In this document: piece after piece, positions 16,880 to 24,035 of the stretch | Position numbering within the stretch: position 1 is the stretch's first letter | How the letters are laid out: every line of letters begins with the position of its first letter | NCBI GenBank assembly: GCA_027062325.1 | Contig: JAMOTN010000081.1 | Coordinates: forward strand, 1 to 52,992 | Direction: 5' to 3' | DNA length: 52,992 nucleotides | DNA from: a bacterium | GTDB taxonomy: Bacteria > JAMOTN01 | Translations under genes and position numbers: made by a program | Notes under the pieces: generated by a model | Told to the model about the DNA's origin: nothing | Seen by the model: the letters and a program-made list of their open reading frames with translations, nothing else | The model's database searches: none

Positions 16880-18637
16880 TTAAATATCTGGCACTATGTA
16901 GTTTGTCCTGTAGAATTTGTAGGTTACAATACCCGGTCCTGATAAATTGCTTCCATCCGCTTGAAGCTCCCACCAACCAACTTTTTCTAATTTTTCTGTT
17001 CCCATATAGAGGTTTAGACTATTTATTAGACCTGTGGTTGTTTGACCAATTTTGCAGGTGTAGTGCTGCTGTGGCGAGATTACTAAACCATCTCCTGAAT
17101 ATGTGGCAGTCAAAGCAGGTGGAGTTGCAGAGGCAGTTGAAAAGATCCAGTAATCTGTCAGTACTGGGTGTGGCATAACACTTACTATTGGTCCGGTATT
17201 TCCAATTGAATACGAAAATCTAGATGATTCGTATGGCCCTGCATAGTATACTATCATAACGGCATATAACCAGTTGGAGCCCAATTGAGATGCAGATAGG
17301 TATATTGTTCCAGAGTCTGTATGCTTTCTTACTACTTGAATTTCTCCTTGAGGAGTTAGTCCAGCGAGTTCAACGTACCATAAACCTCCCTCTTTGGCTT
17401 CGAACATTATGTTTTTATTACCAGATTCTGCAGGTTCAAGTAGAATGAATATTGCTCCATCCTTCTCAGTTGCATAAGTATAAGGGTTTGTTGGATAATG
17501 AGAGTGTATGTAGCTGACCTTGGGTTGCTTATGGAGGGTGAAGGATTTGAAGCGGTATGGATCGTATTTCATTATAGAATCAAAATACAAAGCGACATAC
17601 ATATCCCCAAGTAGATCTTGCCATTCGGGTCTAAAACCAGTTTTTAACTCAATAGAGTGCAGAAGGCTTTCAATTCCGTTTTTTTGATCTGCAACTAGTA
17701 GCCTCACAAAGTTCTGCTTTTCAAGATCGGTGTCCCCACCGTATCTATCTATAGCATAGGAAAGTAAACAGAATGCAGCTCCGTAGTCTGCAAGTCTTTC
17801 TTTCCAGATAGTGACTGATGTATTGGGGTTGTCGAGGTAACTATCAACATGAGAAAAGTGGTATCCAAATCCATTTACTACTTCTGCCCAGTCAGAAAGA
17901 GACTCATTTAACCAATCCTCCTCATCAGGATCGTGATTCCAATGGATCATGTGTTGGAATTCGTGTGCAAGTGTCGCGAGCTGTTCTTCTCCTCCAACAA
18001 CTGTGGGATAAACATCCATGTAAAACATCTCTTTTTCGTTACTATGCCCATTGTAAGGAGGAGCTGAGGCTACGGCTTCTGGAAGTTCATTGTAAAATGA
18101 GAAATATCCTATGTAGTATTCTCCTGTTTGTTCGTACCAGTCTTTAATGTCAAGTAACAGAATAAAAATTCTAGGATCTCCATCTATTCCCGGATTTGGT
18201 TCGTTTCCAAACCAAGCTGTATCTGTAGGATATATGTCGTTGTCAAACTTTGAACCTAATAGCTCTGCCTCAGTAGTAGTTACAAGATAAGCATCTCTCT
18301 CTGCTATAAAAACATAACAGTGAGTTCCAACGTATGCACAGCGTGCGGGGAGCAACTCATAAGATAAAGTTTGGAAGTTGTAGCTCCAAAAGTTTTCAAC
18401 ATCTCCCACGTTATAACTTCTTGACGCCGGATAAGTTGCTCTAGTTGGGAGACGAGTTTGGAGGGAGTTTTGCTCTTTTAGAGCTTGCCAAACTTTGACA
18501 AAGTCTTCTTTGGATACCATATCTTTAAAAAAGAATGTGGCACTTTTTCCGGCAGAGTAGGTGTATGAGAATATACTGAACACTACTGTGATTATCACTG
18601 AAAAAATACGACTCCTTGAAAAATTCAAACTCCCCAC
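16880..18637 (-). CDS. Secreted HExxH zinc metalloprotease (M30/neutral protease-like)
   Basis: Signal peptide and motifs FGNEPNPGIDGDPRIFILL, GYF, SNEKEMFYM and LAHEFQHMIH...WLNESLS. Confidence 0.8.
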   Translation of the reverse strand: MGSLNFSRSRIFSVIITVVFSIFSYTYSAGKSATFFFKDMVSKEDFVKVWQALKEQNSLQTRLPTRATYPASRSYNVGDVENFWSYNFQTLSYELLPARCAYVGTHCYVFIAERDAYLVTTTEAELLGSKFDNDIYPTDTAWFGNEPNPGIDGDPRIFILLLDIKDWYEQTGEYYIGYFSFYNELPEAVASAPPYNGHSNEKEMFYMDVYPTVVGGEEQLATLAHEFQHMIHWNHDPDEEDWLNESLSDWAEVVNGFGYHFSHVDSYLDNPNTSVTIWKERLADYGAAFCLLSYAIDRYGGDTDLEKQNFVRLLVADQKNGIESLLHSIELKTGFRPEWQDLLGDMYVALYFDSIMKYDPYRFKSFTLHKQPKVSYIHSHYPTNPYTYATEKDGAIFILLEPAESGNKNIMFEAKEGGLWYVELAGLTPQGEIQVVRKHTDSGTIYLSASQLGSNWLYAVMIVYYAGPYESSRFSYSIGNTGPIVSVMPHPVLTDYWIFSTASATPPALTATYSGDGLVISPQQHYTCKIGQTTTGLINSLNLYMGTEKLEKVGWWELQADGSNLSGPGIVTYKFYRTNYIVPDI

Positions 18638-18670
18638 TCCTCGTTATTTAGGTTTTTTATATTTTTAGCT

Positions 18671-19456
18671 TTATCGTCTTAGCGCGGCTACTGTTCCCAT
18701 CATTTGATCAGCAGCTTGTATGACTTTTGAGTTCATTTCATAGGCACGTTGGGCCATAATCATCTGTACCATCTCTTCGACGGCGTTTACATTACTCATT
18801 TCAAGGTATCCTTGTTCAAGTGAACCAGTTCCATTTGTTCCCGGAACGAAAGGACCTAGAGCTGGCCCACTAGCTGCTGTTTCCAAAAATAAGTTTTTTC
18901 CTATTGCTTTTAGACCAGCAGGATTCACAAAGCGTGTTATAGTTATTTGGCCGATTTCTTGTGGTTCATTGTTTGTTAGTACAGTGACGGTACCATCAAA
19001 ACCAATGGATATGCTCTCAGCTTCTGCTGGAATTGTTATAGGAGGTTGTACATAAAAACCATCTGCTGTTACAAGATTTCCATCGGCATCAATTTTAAAT
19101 GAACCGTCCCTTGTGTAAGCAATGGTTCCATCAGGAAGCATAACTTGAAAGAAACCGTCTCCTTCTATCGCTACATCAAGGGGATTTCCGGTTTGTCTCA
19201 AACTACCTGCTTTAAAATTTTTAACTATTGCTGATGGTTTAACTCCTAAACCCACTTGAATGCCTACCGGAAGACGCTGCCCGGCAGCTGCTGGGATACC
19301 TGCTTCTTCCATATTCTGATACATTAAGTCTTGGAACTCAACATTAGCCCTTTTAAATGCTGTAGTATTAACGTTTGCCAGGTTATGAGAAATGTTGTCT
19401 AGGTTTAACTCTTGGGCTTTCATTCCTGTTGCAGCTGTCCAAAGAGATCTAATCAT
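18671..19456 (-). CDS. flgG: Flagellar basal-body distal rod protein FlgG
   Basis: Motifs MIRSLWTAATGM, NLANVNTTAFKR, FQDLMYQ, GDGFFQV, YTRDGSF and LEMSNVNAVEEMV. 261 aa. Confidence 0.95.
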   Translation of the reverse strand: MIRSLWTAATGMKAQELNLDNISHNLANVNTTAFKRANVEFQDLMYQNMEEAGIPAAAGQRLPVGIQVGLGVKPSAIVKNFKAGSLRQTGNPLDVAIEGDGFFQVMLPDGTIAYTRDGSFKIDADGNLVTADGFYVQPPITIPAEAESISIGFDGTVTVLTNNEPQEIGQITITRFVNPAGLKAIGKNLFLETAASGPALGPFVPGTNGTGSLEQGYLEMSNVNAVEEMVQMIMAQRAYEMNSKVIQAADQMMGTVAALRR

Positions 19457-19482
19457 AATAACACCCCCTTATCCCCTAAAAA

Positions 19483-19509
19483 TCTTCGGCTTTAAAAGAG
19501 TGAATTTTA
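19483..19509 (-). promoter_or_regulatory. Sigma-28 (FliA/SigD)-type promoter of flgG
   Basis: Minus strand reads TAAA-N15-GCCGAAGA, against consensus TAAA-N15-GCCGATAA, 26 nt before the flgG start. Confidence 0.7.
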
Positions 19510-19630
19510 AAGATTGTGAGATATTACTCCGATTAAATGAGAGAGGTGCGTGTATGCGATTTTAAGAAGTGATTTCAGGGGTGTTGGAATGAAGGAATTT
19601 TTATATAAAGTTAAGATTATGCATGAGAAC

Positions 19631-20128
19631 ATGGAATTTATAGGAAAAATTGTGGTGTTTATAGCTTTACTTCTTGTGGCGGTTCCATTGATGGGATGTT
19701 TTGAGACAAGTTTTTCAGAGCCGGTAAGTACACTTTATGAAAGTGCAAATTTGGAAAGTTACGTTACTCCTGTTTTGAAGGTTACAGAGTACGATTTTTC
19801 ATGTACCCGATATGCTGTTGATGAACTTTTAGGAAAGGATATAGAGCACTGCCGCCTACACTTTAAGATAAAAGATTTATCCAATGCTGATGCTTACATG
19901 GTAAAGGTAACATTGGCTTTTTATAATGGTAATCAGTGTTTTGAAAAGAAATATTTCTTGGTGGATGAAATACTCAAGAGCCATGGATTGGAGGAAAAAC
20001 TGTTTGAGGAAGAGTTTGAAGTGGCTGGTTTTGACAGTGTTGATGTTGAGTTGAGCTGGTTGGATGAGAGCGGTGAGATTCATAAAAAGAATTTGAGTGA
20101 GATAGGTACGGAGGGATTAATATGGTAA
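19631..20128 (+). CDS. Putative lipoprotein
   Basis: ATG 19631 gives MEFIGKIVVFIALLLVAVPLMGC, ending in a lipobox. The ORF is open from 19550. Confidence 0.65.
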   Translation: MEFIGKIVVFIALLLVAVPLMGCFETSFSEPVSTLYESANLESYVTPVLKVTEYDFSCTRYAVDELLGKDIEHCRLHFKIKDLSNADAYMVKVTLAFYNGNQCFEKKYFLVDEILKSHGLEEKLFEEEFEVAGFDSVDVELSWLDESGEIHKKNLSEIGTEGLIW

Positions 20129-21216
20129 GGAGTAGTTTTGTATTTAGAGGCATATTTACTGTAGTTGTTTTATTTGTGAATTTTTATACCCTTTCGAATG
20201 CTTTATTGACCAAATTTTCTTCCATGCCTTCTGATATGAAAGTTAAGACGTTATTGATGCTGGTAAATGATTTAGACAAAGCTAATAAAAAAGAGTATGA
20301 GTTGAATATGAGAAAGTGGTTGCTTGTGTTGAATAGTATGAAATTGGATGGAAGGGAGGCAGAAGCTGCTGCAATTGCAAAGGCTCAACTTTATGAAAGG
20401 TTAGGACAGTTAGATCAGGCTATGGAAGCTTTGGAGGAGGCTCCATTGTGGATAGATGATGACTTATCTTACAGGATATTACTTCAAAAGTGCTACCTCG
20501 CTTCTAAAAGTGGTAAATCTGAAGCAGAGGTTAAAAAGTACATATATGATCTTCTAAATACTTATGCTCCACTTGAATATAAAAAAGAGGCAGTGCTGCT
20601 GCTTTCCCAGTTTGAACCTGAAAAGGCCTTGGAATTGGCACAGCGTTATGGTTTTTCACCTGAAGTTGAGGAAGATTTGAAACGAAAAATAAGCAAGATA
20701 ATGGAAGAGAGAGGGTATTTAGACAAGGCTGCTGAGCTTGTGGAGGACTTTGAACCGGATAGAGCTTATAGACTGTATATGACAGCAGGAGCTTTCGAAA
20801 AAGCTGAGAAACTTCTTGCACGCATTGATAGAGGAGCAAAGAGTTATGCTTATAAGTACGCAATGTACCGCTTGAAGCTTCAAAAAGGATTTCTTCGTAA
20901 AAGAAAGCTTTATAGAAAAACAGAAGTAAATCCATTTATTGCTAAATACAGTGGTAAATATGCTTTTGTTTACGATTACACAAAATACAATCAAGTGTTG
21001 AATGAAGTTGAGAGCTTGGGAATGCAGGCTTATGAAAAAGGATTGAATTACTGGGCAGATAAATTCTTCTTACTAAAGGCTCAGACCTTAGTAGAAATTT
21101 ACCCTTCAAGGTTGCAGGCTATATATTTTATTGAGAAAACATTTTCCAGTCTTGGGTCAAATGCTAAAAGAAGGTTGCCTTTGTTAAATTCTTATTACAA
21201 AGAGCTAACTCATTAG
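20122..21216 (+). CDS. Exported alpha-helical/TPR-like protein
   Basis: Signal peptide and TPR-like helices (AKAQLYERLGQLDQAMEAL, GYLDKAAEL, AGAFEKAEKL). Confidence 0.6.
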   Translation: MVRSSFVFRGIFTVVVLFVNFYTLSNALLTKFSSMPSDMKVKTLLMLVNDLDKANKKEYELNMRKWLLVLNSMKLDGREAEAAAIAKAQLYERLGQLDQAMEALEEAPLWIDDDLSYRILLQKCYLASKSGKSEAEVKKYIYDLLNTYAPLEYKKEAVLLLSQFEPEKALELAQRYGFSPEVEEDLKRKISKIMEERGYLDKAAELVEDFEPDRAYRLYMTAGAFEKAEKLLARIDRGAKSYAYKYAMYRLKLQKGFLRKRKLYRKTEVNPFIAKYSGKYAFVYDYTKYNQVLNEVESLGMQAYEKGLNYWADKFFLLKAQTLVEIYPSRLQAIYFIEKTFSSLGSNAKRRLPLLNSYYKELTH

Positions 21217-21231
21217 CTCTGTTATCATTTT

Positions 21232-21399
21232 CTAGCCCAATAACTTGTTTGCAGTGTAAACTGCTGCTGCCAAACTTGTAATCATGGAGAATGTATACAT
21301 GAACATATGATTCCAGAATGTAATGTTAACAGCCCCCAATAATTTTCCAACAATAACGGAATAGACAAACGATAAAGTTCCGATAATCATTGTTCTCAT
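21232..21399 (-). CDS. Small 55-aa two-TM membrane protein (absent from the ORF track)
   Basis: AGGAGG SD 8 nt before ATG. Translates as MRTMIIGTLSFVYSVIVGKLLGAVNITFWNHMFMYTFSMITSLAAAVYTANKLLG* and fills the gap after the DUF167 gene. Confidence 0.75.
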   Translation of the reverse strand: MRTMIIGTLSFVYSVIVGKLLGAVNITFWNHMFMYTFSMITSLAAAVYTANKLLG

Positions 21400-21411
21400 G
21401 AATCAACCCTC

Positions 21412-21630
21412 CTATTCTTTTATTATAATAAGCTTCTTTCTAGAAGTGGCGCCACTTTTTATCTCAATATCACGCTTTTTAACATCAAAATACTTAGCCA
21501 GCACTTCAATTAATTCTTTGTTAGCTTTGCCATCAACAGGTGGGGATTTTAACCATACAATGAATTCATTTCCCTTTTTTTCAACTTTTTGAGTTTTTGA
21601 ATTTGGTTTTACATTAACGATTATTTTCAA
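21412..21630 (-). CDS. DUF167 (YggU/UPF0235) protein
   Basis: GGAGG SD before TTG 21630. Motifs [19 protein letters not shown] and GATSRKK. Confidence 0.9.
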   Translation of the reverse strand: MKIIVNVKPNSKTQKVEKKGNEFIVWLKSPPVDGKANKELIEVLAKYFDVKKRDIEIKSGATSRKKLIIIKE

Positions 21631-21676
21631 CTCTAATTCGCCTCCTCTAAGTAAAATTTTACCATTTGAATTAGTC

Positions 21677-21705
21677 TTGACAAAGTTGAGTTTTGATTTT
21701 AAAAT
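21677..21705 (+). promoter_or_regulatory. Sigma-70 promoter of the tRNA pair
   Basis: TTGACA-N17-TAAAAT. Confidence 0.85.
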
Positions 21706-21729
21706 ACCAATTGCTAAGGGGGAATGGTT

Positions 21730-21806
21730 GGGCCTGTAGCTCAGTCGGTTAGAGCGTTCGCCTGATAAGCGAAAGGTCCCTGGTTCGACTCCAGGCAGGC
21801 CCACCA
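21730..21806 (+). tRNA. tRNA-Ile(GAT)
   Basis: Acceptor stem GGGCCTG/CAGGCCC, anticodon loop CTGATAA, T-loop TTCGACT, CCA encoded. Confidence 0.97.
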
Positions 21807-21846
21807 TAGGTTTCAGTATTAACTTGTGTATGGAGTTTTTTAGAGT

Positions 21847-21919
21847 GGGGCCGTAGCTCAGCTGGGAGAGCATCTGCCTTGCAAGCAGGAGGTCGTGGGT
21901 TCGAGTCCCACCGGCTCCA
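21847..21919 (+). tRNA. tRNA-Ala(TGC)
   Basis: Acceptor stem GGGGCCG/CGGCTCC with G3:U70, anticodon loop TTTGCAA, T-loop TTCGAGT. CCA is not encoded. Confidence 0.97.
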
Positions 21920-21952
21920 CTTTTTCTTTTTTGTTCCAAGAGAGGGAAATTT

Positions 21953-23425
21953 ATGAGGTTGGTGGTGCTTCTTTTTCTACTTCCTATTTTTTATCTCCTC
22001 TTTTTTATACTTTCTCCTCATAAGCTTAATTATATGGAAAGAAAGGATGGGGTTGTTTGGATTGATGATTCCCTAAGTGTGAGGAGTGTTTTTTCTCCTG
22101 AGGCTTTAAAAAAAGATTTAGAGGTAAAAGGTTATACAGTGAAGTTTTTTGAATTCCCGTGGCAAATTGATTATTCAAAAGCCTTGGCGGTTTTATCTGA
22201 TTTTATAGGAAGTGAGTGGAAAAATTACGAGCTGTACTCAGATAAGTTTTACCTATTGGATTTAAATGAAGACAAAAAGTATTTAAAGAAAATGGTCGGG
22301 AAAGTGTTGGATAACTCTTTTTCTAGTGGCGATGGTGGTTTTTTCTCAGTGGAATTTCCAAGAAGAGTTAGAGCGTTTCAAACTTTTGAAGTTGAGTTAA
22401 AGTTGAAAAATGCAAAAACTACTCCTGAACTTACTTTAAATTTTTACAAGAATGATTCGCCTGCTTTAAGAGTAGAATATTCATTGCTAAAAGAAAAATT
22501 GGCGATTGATAAGTATATTCTTCACTTGAATTTTAAAAAGGAAGGTTTGTGGAAGATAGAGGTTGGTTTGTGGCCCAAAGTCAAAGATCTTTTTACCTAT
22601 AATAATGCATTAGAATTGATTATTAGTTGTCATAAGAGGAACGATACTCTCTTGGTTGTGGAGCCTTCACCCCAAATAGCAAGGTTAGTTAGATTAGTAA
22701 GAAAATTTAGAAATTTTGATGTTGTATCTCCGTTTGAATTATCGGAGAATAGCCTGACTGGAAGAAAAGTTATTATTTGGTTGGGAAGTCTTGAGTTGCC
22801 AAGGTATAAGCAGATTTACGACGAAAAGGTTAAAAATTCTAGTGCCCTAGGAGTTTCTAACTTCCAAGTTTTAAATCTTACCAACCTTCGTGAAGATGAA
22901 GCTGTGTTTAGATTGATCAGAAATATAGACAAATTAAAAGGGGAAGCTTTGCGAACTGAATTTAAGGATGGAATTTTGTCATTAAGTTGTGGAACTGGAG
23001 AGATAACAATTGAAGAGATGCCGAATGATTACTTTGCTGGAAAAGATGTTGGTTATCCTATGGATGTGATAAAAAAGGTAAAGCTTGAGTCGAATTTTAA
23101 TTTTCGTGAGAAGAAACCTATCCTGCTAAGAGGGCCACTTTTGGATTATCATATTTTGCTTAAAAAATTGAGATTAAGTTTGCCGTTGTTGGTAATTTTT
23201 AAATCTGGTAGCTTGCTCCAAAAAAAAGTAGTACTTGGTTTTGAGCCACTCGATGAATTTGGAAAGCGTTACCTTGAGAAGCTTAAAATTTTTCGAATAG
23301 ATGAGTTTTCACCGGGAACAAAAATCGAGTGGTGGGGAGGTAGTTGGCGTTGGTATTACGCATTACCATTGGTATTTTATTTGTTGTTTTACTGGTATTA
23401 CAGGCTCAAACTTATTCAAAAATGA
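21953..23425 (+). CDS. Membrane protein with degenerate vWA-like and Ig-like regions
   Basis: TM helices at both ends, DxSxS-like WIDDSLS, and DLFTYNN. First of three tightly linked genes. Confidence 0.55.
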   Translation: MRLVVLLFLLPIFYLLFFILSPHKLNYMERKDGVVWIDDSLSVRSVFSPEALKKDLEVKGYTVKFFEFPWQIDYSKALAVLSDFIGSEWKNYELYSDKFYLLDLNEDKKYLKKMVGKVLDNSFSSGDGGFFSVEFPRRVRAFQTFEVELKLKNAKTTPELTLNFYKNDSPALRVEYSLLKEKLAIDKYILHLNFKKEGLWKIEVGLWPKVKDLFTYNNALELIISCHKRNDTLLVVEPSPQIARLVRLVRKFRNFDVVSPFELSENSLTGRKVIIWLGSLELPRYKQIYDEKVKNSSALGVSNFQVLNLTNLREDEAVFRLIRNIDKLKGEALRTEFKDGILSLSCGTGEITIEEMPNDYFAGKDVGYPMDVIKKVKLESNFNFREKKPILLRGPLLDYHILLKKLRLSLPLLVIFKSGSLLQKKVVLGFEPLDEFGKRYLEKLKIFRIDEFSPGTKIEWWGGSWRWYYALPLVFYLLFYWYYRLKLIQK

Positions 23426-24021
23426 TAAAAGATAGCCAAGCCTTTGTGGCTAGATTGAAGTACTCAGGTGGTGGAGACTGGTACAACGATGACGATGCGT
23501 GGACAAATTTAATTGAATATGTGAATGAGAAGCTTGGTGTGGAACTTTATCCAGTTGAGTCTGTAGTGGAGCCTCTTGATATGGATAAGCAGAATTACAG
23601 TATTATCTTTATTACAGGACACGGAGGATTTTTCTTATCAACTCAAGAGGCGTTGGCTCTGAGAAAATATGTAGAGAATGGGGGTAGTATATACATCGAT
23701 GATGATTATGGCTTGGATAGTTTTGCTAGGAAGGCTATAAAAAAAATGTTTCCAGATAAGAAACTTGAAAGGATTCCAGTAGATTCGAGAATATTTCATG
23801 GTTATTACAAATTTGACTATCTTCCGAAGATTCACAATCACTATCCTACTATGGAGGCTGAGATTTATGGCGTAAGGGTTGATGGAAGATGGGGAGTTAT
23901 TTATACCTTTAATACGAATATTTCTGATGGCTGGAGTAGAAATCACAATGATCCTCCTGAAGTGCGGGAAAAAGCTTTAAAGTTTGGAACTAATTTGCTT
24001 TTGTATCTTCTTACAGATTGA
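23344..24021 (+). CDS. DUF4159 domain protein
   Basis: Motifs ARLKYSGGGDWYND, FITGHG, LRKYVENGG.IYIDDDYGLD, LPKIH.H, DGW and ALKFGTN, with a signal/TM N-terminus. Confidence 0.85.
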   Translation: MALVLRITIGILFVVLLVLQAQTYSKMIKDSQAFVARLKYSGGGDWYNDDDAWTNLIEYVNEKLGVELYPVESVVEPLDMDKQNYSIIFITGHGGFFLSTQEALALRKYVENGGSIYIDDDYGLDSFARKAIKKMFPDKKLERIPVDSRIFHGYYKFDYLPKIHNHYPTMEAEIYGVRVDGRWGVIYTFNTNISDGWSRNHNDPPEVREKALKFGTNLLLYLLTD

Positions 24022-24035
24022 TGAGGTGAAATTAT

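Noticed and set aside
16880-17190. C-terminus of the M30-like protease as a third T9SS-type CTD (VMPHPV resembles YPNP)
   Set aside because: It lacks the IYxxxG and GxY motifs and has no adjacent barrel gene. Too weak without an HMM or structure test.
21631-21939. N-terminal 100 aa of the listed 175-aa minus-strand ORF
   Set aside because: It is the antisense of the two tRNAs ([20 protein letters not shown]). The real DUF167 gene starts at TTG 21630 with its own SD.
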